Source of the DNA: Octopus bimaculoides
Lineage: Eukaryota
DNA length: 64,000 bases
NCBI RefSeq assembly: GCF_001194135.2
Contig: NC_068999.1
Location: 51,333,909-51,397,908, forward strand
Reading direction: 5' to 3'
The notes below the pieces were generated by a model that searched no databases, had not been told where the DNA came from, and saw only the letters and a list, made by a program, of their open reading frames with translations. A program made the position numbers and the translations under genes. Shown here piece after piece: positions 13,420 through 27,566 of the stretch. Every line of letters starts with the position of its first letter. The stretch's first letter is position 1.

Positions 13420-13869
13420 CTCTGAAAGTTAGGATGGGCGATGAAAATGTAGCTTATTGTTCTGTTTAGTTGGGGTTTTTTTCTTTTTCGTGTGTGTGTG
13501 TGTGATGAAAGATATCACTTAAATGGAGCGTGTTTGACGATTTAGGGAGCGGCTCGCTACATAGTCGCAGGACTTATTAGAAACAGTAACTCAATTTCCA
13601 CTAAATCACATCGTACTTTGTTAAAATAGGGGATGGGAGTCAATATATATGGATCAAGAGGGGGCGAAACAGCTGCTCGGTAACGTCAGATAACTGAAGA
13701 ATGACTTGCGCTTCAATAATCATTACACAACATCAAAGTGAGATACGCTGGGATATGAAGCGTGAAGGAAACTTGAGGCTGTAATTCTACACAGACAATT
13801 AAATGAAACAGCTATGAGCAGGAATCGAACATATATCATCGACTTGGTTCATAACACCAGTAACATATT

Positions 13870-14100
13870 TATTTCTTTATTGCCCACAGGGGGTTACACA
13901 GAGAGGAAAAACAGGGACAGACAAAGGGATTAACTCTATTACATCGACCCCAGTGCGTAACTGGTACTTATTTAATCGACCACGAAAGGATGAATGGCAA
14001 AGTCCACCTCGGCGGAACTTGAACTCAGAACGTAACGGCAGACGAAATACTGCTAAGCATTTCGCCCAGCGTGCTAACGATTCTGCCAGCTCGCCGCCCT
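13870..14100 (-). mobile_element. tRNA-derived SINE (family A), full head
   Basis: Reverse complement starts GGCGGCGAGCTGGCAGAATCGTTAGCAC (A box) and contains GAGTTCAAGTTCC (B box), followed by the GTGGACTTTGCCATTCATCCTTTCGTGGTCGATTAAATAAGTACCAG core shared with the other copies. Confidence 0.85.
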
Positions 14101-14117
14101 AATACCAGTAATATATT

Positions 14118-14303
14118 GGTTTCAAATTTTGGCTCAAGGCCAGCAATTTCAAGGAAGGGATTAAGTCGATTATATCGATCCCAGTGCTCAACCGGTACTT
14201 ATTTCATCTCCCTCGAAAAGGTGACAGCCAAAGTCTACCTCGGCGGAATTTGAATTCAGACAGAAAAGACGGATGAAATGCAGCTAAGCATTTTGTCCGG
14301 CGT
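14118..14303 (-). mobile_element. SINE family A, 5'-truncated copy
   Basis: GGTTTCAAATTTTGGCTCAAGGCCAGCAATTTC tail plus core, truncated at GCATTTTGTCCGGCGT. Confidence 0.85.
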
Positions 14304-14320
14304 AACACCAGTAATATATT

Positions 14321-14503
14321 GGTTTCAAATTTAGATACGAAGCCAGCAAGTCTGAGAGAGGGGGAGTCTATTATATTGGCCCCCAAGGTTCAAAAGGCAC
14401 TTTTTATCGACCCTGAACGGATGACAGGCAGAGTCTACCGCGGTGGAATTTGAATTCAGACCGAAAAGACGGACGAAATGCAGCTAAGTATTTTGTCCGG
14501 CGT
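14321..14503 (-). mobile_element. SINE family A, 5'-truncated copy (tandem partner of 14118-14303)
   Basis: Same tail, same truncation point, and shared variants (GAATTCAGA, AAAGACGGA.GAAATGCAGCTAAG). Confidence 0.85.
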
Positions 14504-15749
14504 AACACCAGTAATATATTGGTATTAGTTCTGTCGACTATACATCTAAAGAAAACACGTTCTCTATTTTTTTTTTTTTAAAAAGCAGTCTTGTATCAAC
14601 TGGAAAGAAATCAATAACCATTTCTATTGGACTATCATGGGTTCATAATTCAGATGTATGACCACAGAGAAAATAAGAATTATAGGGAAATAATTTGTTT
14701 GTCATTGTATCAATGAATATTTGATTATAGAATCGAAAGTCATAGTTGGAACACTCCTTCATCTGGAAAGAACGAAATGTGAGTTAATCTACTGGTATTG
14801 ATCAACTAGCACCTCTTCCATAATATCTTTTATTCCAAAAGAACACACATTTTGCAAATATAAGATAAGAGAACGCGAAAATCAATAGCGATGTTGACTC
14901 TGAATGCTAACTTCGATCACAGATAAATCAGCATCTTATTTCTTTTCTGTTTCGTGTTTTTTTTTCTTTTCTTTTATCATGTTTTATTTTTTTTCATTTC
15001 TTCCGTGCTTTTTAAAATTAATTTTTTGCTTTCTTTCCTTTTTTCTTAGTTCTTTTTCTTTAGTCCGTGATAGAGAATGATACTTTCAATAAGTAATAGT
15101 CTCCTATTTACATTGGAGATTTTTTATTATTACTTTTACCATTGATATAGATGGTCTTTTGTTGATGAGAATAACGATGATGTTGATGTGATGATAGTTT
15201 TTTTTTTGTTATCACCGTCGTCACCATCACCATGGTTGTTGTTATTGTTGTTCTTGCTGTTCTTGCTACTATTGCTATGCGGTGTAGGTGTGTCTTAGGA
15301 GTTCCACGCACTTTTGTTAACTAAGAAAGAAATACTGCGAAAATGGTTTTCTTTTTCACTTGCATATTTTTGATGATGAAAGAGCTGAGTTTTAGAATAA
15401 GATGGAAAATCTGCAAAAAGATATTTGATTCTGTAAAGATACAAAATAATTCTAACGCCGAATATAGCTCACAAACCGCATAAGTACTCTCTCTATATAA
15501 ATCTCCACATTTTTCTGTTACATCGACTTCCTCAACACAGCACATACAGAATTTTTCAATAGAAGTTTTGGAAATGAACGAAAAGATTTCTAGCTAAAAA
15601 TCGTTCGTTTGTATAGAACAGTGACACAAACAATATGTTGAAGCTGTCCCCAACTTTTATCAGGTTTTATTGGAAGTGTCCCTATTAGTTTATCCGTGCT
15701 GCTGTCTGCAAGAATTTGTTAATGTTCCTATTGTTATTGTAGTGTAATA

Positions 15750-16560
15750 ATTACTCTTGCCATGCAACACGGACAGGTGTTGCAAAGAGTGATCGGTAGA
15801 GCAGAAATGGCGCGAGACCAGGGTGTCATTGCTGAGTCGGATGTCTCGGAGGAGTTCCGTGAACCGGTCAGCCAAGCGGCGTCTCGTTTGCCCGATGTAT
15901 AGAGAAGGGCAGAGAGAGCAGGAGATGCAGAAGATGACATTGGTAGAAATGCAGGTGAAGGAGCCGGTGATGTGATACGGTCGATGATGCGTGCCGGTGG
16001 GGAGAGTGGTGCTTGGAGAGGTAATGGCAAGTACGGCAGCGTGGGCGGGAGCAGAGGAACGAGCCGGGTTGGGCGGTTGGGTCAGGGAAGAAGCTATCAG
16101 CCAAGAGTTCTCGTNNNNNNNNNNNNNNNNNNNNNNNNNNNNNNNNNNNNNNNNNNNNNNNNNNNNNNNNNNNNNNNNNNNNNNNNNNNNNNNNNNNNNN
16201 NNNNNNNNNNNNNNNNNNNNNNNNNNNNNNNNNNNNNNNNNNNNNNCGTTGGAGAGGTAGGGTGGCGGGGTGGTAGCTGAGGGGAAACGGGAGGCGAGAG
16301 ACGGTGGGGTGGGTTCGGGGGCAGAGAGCAGATGCACGGTTCACGGAACGTGCTCTGGCAAAGGCGGTGTGGATAGTGGTGAGGAGATATCCACGTAGGA
16401 TGAAGTGGCGAGCGATGAGTTGAGACTGAGTTTCAAAATCATGGTCGTCACTACAGAGCCTGCGTAGACGGAGGAATTGGAAATGGGGGATGGAAAGCTT
16501 GGTGTGTTTAGGGTGGGGGGAGGAAATGTTGAGGTAAGCTTCGTTGTTCTGTGCTTGACT
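15750..16560 (-). mobile_element. Penelope-like retroelement 3' part (RT C-terminus plus GIY-YIG endonuclease), degenerate
   Basis: Minus-strand frames give ...FQFLRLRRLCSDDHDFETQSQLIARHFILRGY..., CSRPRCRTCHYLS and ITGSFTCISTNVIFCISCSLCPSLYIGQTRRRLADRFTELLRDIRLSNDTLVSRHF. This is the canonical Penelope C-x2-C / YIGQT / R-x2-E pattern. GC-rich relative to the flanks; frameshifts and an N gap inside. Confidence 0.9.
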
Positions 16561-16928
16561 AAACTACTACAGTAATTTATTCAAGTACATAATACTATAG
16601 CACATATTTGGCGAAATTGATGAAAACCTTGTGAGAGGAATTTGGAGCGCGAACACGATCGCTAACATATGTCTTGGATTTCTCTATTTATTCTTCTATC
16701 ATATGGAAACATTTTTATTAATCAATATTTGTGTACGATATACTTATACACCCACTTTTATCTCAGTCATCACAGTTGATGTCATGACCCCTCTGATGTA
16801 ATTTTTTTTAGCTTCTGTTAGTTTAAGCCTATGTGTGTGTATGAAACAAATAAACATATACATATATGTATGCACACACACACACACATACACACACACA
16901 TACACACACACATATATATATATATATA

Positions 16929-16979
<51 letters not shown>

Positions 16980-18742
16980 ANNNNNNNNNNNNNNNNNNNA
17001 TATATATATATATATATATATACTTACATGGATAAATACATACATATATATACATACATATGTTCAGAAGGATGGCAACACAAATGGCAGGGGGTAGAAG
17101 GAAGCAAAAATTTTCAGAAAGAAACGAACAAAATACGGAGTAAATGGGGTTAGCTTCTTTGATAGTTTGAAGGAGAGCTTACATAATATAAAAATGTCAT
17201 TCGATCAATTGAAAAGATTGCGTTTTTGGAAATGACATTTTCGCCAACAGGCAATGAAGTGAAAATTATTGAATATCTTTCCTTCGCTGTTCACACTTAA
17301 GAGTGACCAGAATAATTTGAAGAACAAGATTCTTAAGAAATAGAGATATCTTACTGCCAGGTCGATTAACTTATATTAGTTGCCATTTTCGTAGCTTCAC
17401 ACGCTGCATAAAACATTTCAAACTCTCTGACGCCTTCACTGAGTCGTCTGTAAACATTAACTAATAATTCAATATTAAATAGCGATTTAACAACCAGTGA
17501 CTCTACTCAACATAGGAATTGAACAATAACGAAAAGCTAAGCCGTCGTTGAAGTACATTAAAGCTTAAAGACAAGAAATGAAACATTAACCATAATAACT
17601 ATAATTATATATTATTCAGATGTAGCTCACTGAATCGATAGATTAGGGGCCTTTCAGCCAGTCAAATGGCAGACGTTTTCCTTACTCGTTATGGAAGCTG
17701 CGTTTTGTCAAATATGAAACTACTTTTACTCGAACTTATGAGGTTAACTTATCTACAAGTTCAGAACTTAAGTAGGTAGATCCGTTGCCGTAATCCACTG
17801 GAACAGAGAATATTTGATTATATCAATTTATATCTTATATCTGCGGTCTAAATGGAACAAGTCACGAACTGATAGACGCTTGTAATCAGTAAATGGCACG
17901 CAATTGCATCAGATAATCATAAATTTTAGAGTTTTAAAATACAAAATTAAATTCCTTATGAAGCTTAATGTGTCTCTGCTTGTCTGTCTATCTATCTCTA
18001 GCCTTCGATTTTCATCTTTCCCTCCCATTTAGCATTCCCACAGCCTTGAGTATAGTTTAGAATCAATGAACTCAGTTAATTCGTCTTTGACCATGTGACG
18101 AAATTCGGTTCCAGCATCGTAACTAATTACATCACGGTCAATTTTCAATTAATTGGGCGTCCCTTTATGTATATGGTTTTCTCTGTTTAACTCGCGTGCT
18201 TACACACACACACATACACACACACACACACACACACATCTTTCTTTAATATCACACTGAGTAAAAAGTAAGCAACGTTTTGAACCATGAAGAATTTGTA
18301 ACGGATCTTTGGAGTTTGGAACTTTTTTTAAACTTTTTTGTTTTTGCAATTGTCTCATAATACAGACATAGAATTGTCCAAATGCAGCAATAAATTAACA
18401 TTGATACATTTTTCACCGTTGTTACAATCATCTGAAATTAATTACAATGTCCGCTTGTTTATAACGTCCATTGTATAAGTACCCTTGGTAACATAATTCT
18501 GATATTAACACAGAATTCGCTATACATGTGTGTGTGTACGTATGTGTGTGTGTACGTATGTGTGAGTGTGTGCGAAAATACTTAGCCACGCCACAGACAA
18601 TATTTTAAACTGTACGTCATTTCAACACTTTATTTTATCTAATATTTGGAAGTAAACTAAAACACTCAGATACCAACCATCTACAAATGCTGACGAATAA
18701 TGTTCCCTTCCCGTCATAAATCGAGACCGTATACTAAATAAT

Positions 18743-18943
18743 CTGGCAGAAACGTTAGAACGCCGGGAGAAGTGCTTAGCGATATTTCGTCTGTCTTTTA
18801 CGTTCTGAGTTCAAATTCCGCCGAGGTCGACTTTGCCTTTCATCCTTTCGGAGTCGATAAATTAAGCACCAGCTGTGTACTGGGGTCGGTCTAATCGAAT
18901 AGTCCCCTTCCCAAAAATTTCGAGCCTTGTGCCTAGAGTAGAA
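18743..18943 (+). mobile_element. SINE family A
   Basis: TGGCAGAAACGTTAG (A box), GAGTTCAAATTCC (B box), then GTCGACTTTGCCTTTCATCCTTTCGGAGTCGATAAATTAAGCACCAG. Confidence 0.9.
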
Positions 18944-19259
18944 TAGGATATGTTTGTTCTTCCTCTTTTGGTTTATTTAAGTATTGTAGAAAACAAAGTC
19001 CCTTTGTTATTAAGAATTTACTAATCATTGTCTATATAAATTTTATTTTACCCTAATATTACTTAACGTCTCTACCCGTACCAAAAGCATTTAAATTTAA
19101 TGTCTATTTTCTACAATTCATACTTAATGTATAAGCATTATTTTACATTCTAACACATTCTGCTATTCAGCTAAAACTGATATTGTAGGCGTTTGAGTTT
19201 AGCCTTCTTAGAAACCCCACCAAGAAGGTGTCTCTCTCAGTATTGCCTTTTTCCCCCCT

Positions 19260-19490
19260 TTCTAAGAGACCCTTAAGTTTCCTTCTCGAGTCATACCAAT
19301 TCATAAGGATCGGTAACCCAGCTTCCATGGCGTATAAATTCCCCCACCTGGACGGGACTCCGGTCCGTCGCAGGATTACTCAGTTTTGCCAGCTGAGTGG
19401 AGTGGAGCAACATGAACTGAAGTGTTTTGCTCAAGAAGAGAACGCATCGCTCGGGAATCGAAGCCACAATCTTACCTACATATGGACATT
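19260..19490 (-). mobile_element. SINE family C, degenerate
   Basis: GGAGCAACATGAACTGAAGTGTTTTGCTCAAGAAGAGAACGCATCGCTCGGGAATCGAAGCCACAATC; B-box-like on the minus strand. Similar blocks at ~34620-34790 and ~39190-39400. Confidence 0.55.
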
Positions 19491-19530
19491 TCCATGACTT
19501 ATGGACCAATAACTAATGTTCAATCTACAT

Positions 19531-19748
19531 ATTGATTTTAAATTTTGGCACAAGGCAAACGATTTCGGGGGAACAGTTAAGTCGATTGCATCGACCACAA
19601 TGTTCAACTGGTACTTATTTTACCGACTCCGGAATGATGAGAAGCAAAGCCGATCTCGAAGTCATAAGAATTTAGAGCGTATTGTCAGAAGAAATATCGC
19701 TAAGCATTCATCCCAATGCAGTAACGCTTCTGCCAGCTCGCCATCTTA
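19531..19748 (-). mobile_element. SINE family A
   Basis: TTTAAATTTTGGCACAAGGC...AACTGGTACTTATTTTACCGAC...TTCTGCCAGCTCGCCATCTTA. Confidence 0.85.
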
Positions 19749-20451
19749 ATTTTCAGTGTAAATATTAATACAAATTTAATTTCAACCGACACGACACGAG
19801 CAAACTTCACACTAAAACTGACACCCACAGCGTTATACAATATTTACTTTAACTTCGAGTAACCTTATAACATAAACAAACACTCATTTTAACATCACTT
19901 ATTTGATCCTCGAACTAATATATATATATATATATATACATATATAATTGTATACATACATAACCTGTAACTTGATTCAGTTTCTACTCAGTTACATTTA
20001 CAAGCTCCAATTTAATTTCCCATAGGAACATGTAAACATTTTGAACCATACAATTCCAACTACAATAATAACCTTCTATGAATTTACAAAAACTTTTTCA
20101 TTGGCTTTTCTCTAATATTCTTGACTAATTATATTTACCATATGTCTCTTCACAAACCCACGTTCCCTCTGTGTGATATTTTCTTCAACAGCATTTTGTA
20201 TATTATAACAAATTATATTTATAATAACTTTACAATTCATTTTCTTAGACATCTCAAATCAATTATACTTTACAAGTCGCGTATGATGTACTTATTTTAA
20301 TCTTGTAAACCTCTTAATAATATTGTAAGCTCAATTGTTTTCTCTCTAATGAGCACCGAAACTTCTTTCATATAAACATCTGTATGTGTGTGTAAGTGTG
20401 TGTAAGTGTGTGTATGTGTGTGTGCGCGGCGTATGTATGTGTCTATACGTG

Positions 20452-20517
<66 letters not shown>

Positions 20518-21184
20518 CCTATATATGCATACATGTATACACATGTGTATAAGCATACATACATGCATATATATCCATACGTACACGCATATATATGCAT
20601 ACATACATGAGTATACGTAAAAAAATGCATGTGTTTACTATATTCTCTACCACACCATAACATGTGCATACATGTACACACACATACAGTCAAACACACA
20701 CCAAACGTATAAACACAAGCACATACATACATGTGTGTGTATGTGTTTGTGTGTGTGTGTGCGTATCTGCATGCGCGTGTGTGTGCGCGCGCGGCTTTAT
20801 GTATGTGTGCTTATGTTGAAATGCTTATACTTAGCAACATAATCTTACACCTATTCTTTTCTGTTTTTGTCATTTATTCACGAGCGACTATATGTAGAAA
20901 TATTACCTGTATATATGAAACAAAAAATCTTTATCTGTTCCACGTCATTTGAAACCACGAAGCTAATAGGCAACCTCCTATAGGCAAATGACATGCTCTC
21001 TAATCGAACAGAGTTTATTGTACGAGGTACTTTTTGAAGGGTCACCTGACGAAACCCATCTGCACCGAAGGATGCGCTATAACCAGTTGTATAATATCTC
21101 AAGTGCGAAGGGTGGATGGATCAAAGGGATCGTTGAGATCAATAAGGAATATCGTGAATTCCAATTTCCATTTCTTTCATTTGT

Positions 21185-21254
<70 letters not shown>

Positions 21255-23555
21255 CTTTATAAATGTGAGTGTATGTAGTTATCGATACTTTGAATATAGC
21301 ATATATATATATTTATACATGCATACACACATACATATATGTTATATTCAAATTTGTGAGTCAAAAACGAAGCTACATATGCTAATAGATATTTTATTCT
21401 CATAGATACGTTTCACTGGATAATATTAAATAATATATATCTCCATATGTGTGTGCGTGTGTGTGTATGTGTGTGTGTGTGTCAGTCAGTGTGTGTGTGT
21501 GTGTGTGTGAGCGTATATTATGTGTGACGTTTTACGTACATAACTATATTATCTCTATAACTTTACACAGTTTTCATGAGATAATTAAAGTATCGATATA
21601 TATATAATCGACTCTATATATAAAGGTATATATANNNNNNNNNNNNNNNNNNNNNNNNNNNNNNNNNNNNNNNNNNNNNNNNNNNNNNNNNNNNNNNNNN
21701 NNNNNNNNNNNNNNNNNNNNNNNNNNNNNNNNNNNNNNNNNNNNNNNNNNNNNNNNNNNNNNNNNNNNNNNNNNNNNNNNNNNNNNNNNNNNNNNNNNNN
21801 NNNNNNNNNNNNNNNNNNNNNNNNNNNNNNNNNNNNNNNNNNNNNNNNNNNNNNNNNNNNNNNNNNNNNNNNNNNNNNNNNNNNNNNNNNNNNNNNNNNN
21901 NNNNNNNNNNNNNNNNNNNNNNNNNNNNNNNNNNNNNNNNNNNNNNNNNNNNNNNNNNNNNNNNNNNNNNNNNNNNNNNNNNNNNNNNNNNNNNNNNNNN
22001 NNNNNNNNNNNNNNNNNNNNNNNNNNNNNNNNNNNNNNNNNNNNNNNNNNNNNNNNNNNNNNNNNNNNNNNNNNNNNNNNNNNNNNNNNNNNNNNNNNNN
22101 NNNNNNNNNNNNNNNNNNNNNNNNNNNNNNNNNNNNNNNNNNNNNNNNNNNNNNNNNNNNNNNNNNNNNNNNNNNNNNNNNNNNNNNNNNNNNNNNNNNN
22201 NNNNNNNNNNNNNNNNNNNNNNNNNNNNNNNNNNNNNNNNNNNNNNNNNNNNNNNNNNNNNNNNNNNNNNNNNNNNNNNNNNNNNNNNNNNNNNNNNNNN
22301 NNNNNNNNNNNNNNNNNNNNNNNNNNNNNNNNNNNNNNNNNNNNNNNNNNNNNNNNNNNNNNNNNNNNNNNNNNNNNNNNNNNNNNNNNNNNNNNNNNNN
22401 NNNNNNNNNNNNNNNNNNNNNNNNNNNNNNNNNNNNNNNNNNNNNNNNNNNNNNNNNNNNNNNNNNNNNNNNNNNNNNNNNNNNNNNNNNNNNNNNNNNN
22501 NNNNNNNNNNNNNNNNNNNNNNNNNNNNNNNNNNNNNNNNNNNNNNNNNNNNNNNNNNNNNNNNNNNNNNNNNNNNNNNNNNNNNNNNNNNNNNNNNNNN
22601 NNNNNNNNNNNNNNNNNNNNNNNNNNNATATATTATATATATATACGTGTGTATGTGTGATATTGATACATAAAATATTGGTAAAAGATCGTCTATATTA
22701 GGAGGATGAATATAGTATTAATAGAGTTACCAAGAATAACAAATTACTGAATACATAAAGAAGATAGCTTATTAATTTGATGGGACTTAAACCTTCTTTA
22801 CCATAACAAATAGTTATACGTTGCCGATTATCCAGACAATTGAAATAGGGAAGAAACGTTACAATACACAAGCACATATAACAGTAACTAAAGCGAAATA
22901 GAATTACTGAATGAAATGTTACTGCATGCCGGAGAGCCAGTAGAAAATGCCTCAAACATTTTCTTATACGAAAATCACGTTATTTGATTTTCATTTCACA
23001 GGTTGATGACGTTATAGTTTTATCTATTCAATATCGCATTTCCAAAAGCAAGCAAAGCTAAATAGGCGCTGATTGGTAATGAAGTTGAATTGTTTATGAA
23101 TATGAGTGTATGCATTAACACAAACACATTCTCACTCCTTCTCTTTCTCTTCTTCTCAATCTATCTCTCCCTCTCTATCACCTTATCTATCTATCTCACA
23201 TATGCAGACACATTGTTAAAATGTAATTAAACATGACAAAGATTTTCTCGAAAAAATTATATTTCTTTTCTCCCAAAAATTCTTTTTTCCGAGCATGAAG
23301 ACATAACGCATTTAATGTTGAATGAATAATGTTTATGGGAAACCAAATAATGTCGGTGAATGAAGATTTAACGCAATCAACTAATGAAAATGTACTTTTT
23401 CTTCCGAAGTTTTCTTTTAACAGTGCTGAGAAAACTACTATAGAAACGAATTTGATTATCGAGGATACTAGGGCACATTTACCACGAAAAATAATTGATT
23501 TCTAGTAAGTGAATCACGGAAACCGAATTTACTGTTAATGCTATCATAATCATTG

Positions 23556-23597
<42 letters not shown>

Positions 23598-25199
23598 NNN
23601 NNNNNNNNNNNNNNNNNNNNNNNNNNNNNNNNNNNNNNNNNNNNNNNNNNNNNNNNNNNNNNNNNNNNNNNNNNNNNNNNNNNNNNNNNNNNNNNNNNNN
23701 NNNNNNNNNNNNNNNNNNNNNNNNNNNNNNNNNNNNNNNNNNNNNNNNNNNNNNNNNNNNNNNNNNNNNNNNNNNNNNNNNNNNNNNNNNNNNNNNNNNN
23801 NNNNNNNNNNNNNNNNNNNNNNNNNNNNNNNNNNNNNNNNNNNNNNNNNNNNNNNNNNNNNNNNNNNNNNNNNNNNNNNNNNNNNNNNNNNNNNNNNNNN
23901 NNNNNNNNNNNNNNNNNNNNNNNNNNNNNNNNNNNNNNNNNNNNNNNNNNNNNNNNNNNNNNNNNNNNNNNNNNNNNNNNNNNNNNNNNNNNNNNNNNNN
24001 NNNNNNNNNNNNNNNNNNNNNNNNNNNNNNNNNNNNNNNNNNNNNNNNNNNNNNNNNNNNNNNNNNNNNNNNNNNNNNNNNNNNNNNNNNNNNNNNNNNN
24101 NNNNNNNNNNNNNNNNNNNNNNNNNNNNNNNNNNNNNNNNNNNNNNNNNNNNNNNNNNNNNNNNNNNNNNNNNNNNNNNNNNNNNNNNNNNNNNNNNNNN
24201 NNNNNNNNNNNNNNNNNNNNNNNNNNNNNNNNNNNNNNNNNNNNNNNNNNNNNNNNATATATATATATATATACTTATATATATTAATTATATACATATT
24301 GATTGGTATAGATATATACATATATATAGACAGATCGATATAGGTTATACATTCATAGGTGCAGACAGACACGTACTCACAGATACACACACATACACAC
24401 ACATACACAGACATACACACACACACGCACTCATTCTTATATATTTGTAATTACACTTGTGTACTCACTTTTAAAATGTGCGAAAATTGTCTTATAATAA
24501 AAAAAAAAAAGCTTCATCTAGGTTAGAAGGAGAAAATTAATTTTTTTTCACACATTTTGGTATAATACACACACACATACACACACATATACGCACATAA
24601 ATATATACTCATAAATATATACAGAAACAGGTGTATGTTTGTCCATACATATTTATATAGGTCTACGCAAATGTGTTCGAATGGAAATCTGTAGAACAAA
24701 ATTTCTGCAATTGCAATGTTTAGAATTTCTTTCATTCTTTCTGAATGTTTTCTTCCATGCAATATTTTTTTTTTCATATTGGTAAAAATTATTTATCATC
24801 TTTATTTACAATCTCATATAAAGACATAAAAATCAACTAAACAAACACACACACTCATATACTATGTGTGTATATATTTTGTAATGTTATATATATTCCA
24901 CAAACAAATTGACATGTCACCGATTAACTACTCGTGATGAATACCAACTGAAAAGAAGATTTGTTACTGTAAATATTATACAAGAAAAGATTTTCGGTTT
25001 GAGTATTCAGCTTTTGTAACTTCACACAAAAGAGTGTTTATTTGACTACTGCGAGTTATGTCTTGCAACGCAGCACCTCCATGTTGTTCTGAAGAAATCC
25101 GCGGTGGTTTGTTGTTTCATATTTATATGAAAATATATTTGTGTGTGTGTGTTTACAAGTGTGCATGAATATATGCGTGCATGTATGTACATATGTATG

Positions 25200-25272
<73 letters not shown>

Positions 25273-26180
25273 GTGTGTGTGTCTGTCTGTCTGTCTGTCT
25301 GTTTGTGTGTGTATCTGAATATGTATGTTTACATGTATGCATGTGTGTATCTATGTATGTTTATATGCATGCATATTTATATGCATGTATATATGTATGC
25401 ATGTATGTATGTATGTATGTATGTAAGTATGTATGTGAGTGTGCATTTATGCATATATATATTCGTATATGTACTGATATTCATACGTAAGCTACATATA
25501 TAGAGGAATAAGAAGAAGATGTTTTGAAGATGTGTTGAGTGTGTGTATTTATATGTGTGCGTGAGTTCATGTCTGCCGCTTAGTCTGTGGGCGTCTGTGT
25601 TTGCGTGCGTGCGTCGGGGCACGTATCTGTTTGCATGTACATGTGTGTGTAGGAGTGTGTGTGTGCGTGCGGATACGTGAAATATATTATATTATATATG
25701 CATCGATTCGCAATCTACACATTTCTTATGATTATGTATGTCATCCTTCACGACTACATACTTTTATACATATTTTATAGTCTTTTTGTCTTTTTTTCTT
25801 TTGTTTCTATTCATATAGGAAGATAGTGACTCCTCTTCTCTGAGTTTTTAGATATTATTTCAAAACATTCATTCAATATATGTATTCATGAGATATAAAA
25901 TGTTTTCATATCAGAATTGAACACAAACTTTAATTAAATACTATCAATGTATCCTCGTAATATTCGTTCGTTAACTCTTTGTTTAATTTGTGTTATTTCG
26001 TTAGTTTTGCTCATTGTTTTTTGTTATCTGCATTGCTTTCGTTTAAGTTGCAGGAGTTAGTGTGAGATACATTTCGAATTTTCTATTTCTCGACTGTTTA
26101 GTTAGTGTGTAAGCGTGTGAGAACCGTAATAGCCTAAAAGATACGGTTTCGACGTTATAACTTTACTCCACTGTTTTAAC

Positions 26181-26262
26181 AATGGTTTCAAATTTTGGTA
26201 CCAAGCTAGCAATTTCGGGGGAAGGAGTAAACCGATTACTTCGAGGCTAGGGTTGAACTGAT
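26181..26262 (-). mobile_element. SINE family A 3' tail fragment
   Basis: TGGTTTCAAATTTTGGTACCAAGCTAGCAATTTCGGGGGAAGGAG matches the tails of the other copies. Confidence 0.6.
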
Positions 26263-26311
26263 ATAGATCATTTGTTATTTATTTATTCATTTAATTATTT
26301 ATTTATCTATT

Positions 26312-26524
<213 letters not shown>

Positions 26525-26634
26525 GTTTATTCAGAAAATTATTCGATTCTAATCTTCACAAAGGATTTAACATATTGTAACATTGAATTACATCTGCGAC
26601 AGGAAGTAATATTTTCTTATCATTTCCTTTGCAG

Positions 26635-26660
26635 TGGATTCGATCACGTCATTGTTACAG
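26635..26660 (+). other. Candidate 26-nt micro-exon
   Basis: Long pyrimidine tract TTTTCTTATCATTTCCTTTGCAG and CAG|GTAATT donor. Confidence 0.3.
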
Positions 26661-27330
26661 GTAATTAAATATATTAACTTGGTCGAAACTTCCATGTTTT
26701 ATATTTACTTCGGTACTTACGGGTTATATATAGACTTTATTTGCTCAAAGTTGAAAAGGTTTCTGGCATTACTTGAAATATCTAGCCGTCATTTTGAATG
26801 CGTTATGTCAGGTATGTTTCTAGTTCACATAGACCATGAAATATAAGCAATATGAAAAGACCCATTCTACCTACGATTTCGACTGAATAATGGTAGTGTG
26901 GTCAAAAGAAAATAGTGATTTCTTATTCAGCCAACAGATCAATTGTCGTAGATGAAGTGTAGATTCCATTGATGTGAAGCAGCACACCGTTGGCATTTAT
27001 TCCATCGATATTGATAGTAGTAAAATCTCAGAGTGTATAGAGGCGAGACAAATACCTTATTGAAGGAATTTAGTAACCATTGTAATCGTCAATAACGTTT
27101 ACACGGGGTCACGAAAGATTACAGATTATGGTCCAGCGAAACCACGTGAAATATCCTGAATAATTTCAGAGTAATGTATGCTCAGGTACCGATATAGAAT
27201 ATTGCTTAGCTATGCATACAGAGAAATCGCATGAAAGAATTCTCTCTAACAATACTATAGTGTACATATTAACGGTAAATTCATTAATATTATTGATTGA
27301 CCTAAAATTTATGGCAAATGTTAAACTCTA

Positions 27331-27490
27331 GGCGCAAGTGTGGTTGGATGGCTAAGAATCTCACATTGAAACAACATGATTTCGTGTTCAGTCCCGCTGC
27401 ATGATATCTTGAACAAGCGTCTCCGACAAGAGCTCCGGGTTGACTGATGTCTTGTGAGTTAATTTGGAAGGCCGAAATTATGGGGAAGTC
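27331..27490 (+). mobile_element. SINE family B, degenerate
   Basis: GGCGCAAGTGTGGTTGGATGGCTAAGAATC...GTGTTCAGTCCCGCTGCATG is colinear with 8566-8720. Confidence 0.6.
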
Positions 27491-27525
27491 TGTCATGCTC
27501 AGTTATTTCTAAGAGCGAGAGAGTC

Positions 27526-27556
<31 letters not shown>

Positions 27557-27566
27557 AACAGAGAGA

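Noticed and set aside
13853-14520. CRISPR-like appearance (four 17-bp direct repeats with spacers)
   Set aside because: The spacers are ~185-230 bp and homologous to each other (SINE copies), the context is eukaryotic, and no cas genes are present.
13325-19748. tRNA genes
   Set aside because: The A/B-box sequences belong to SINE heads; no complete cloverleaf with an acceptor stem was found.
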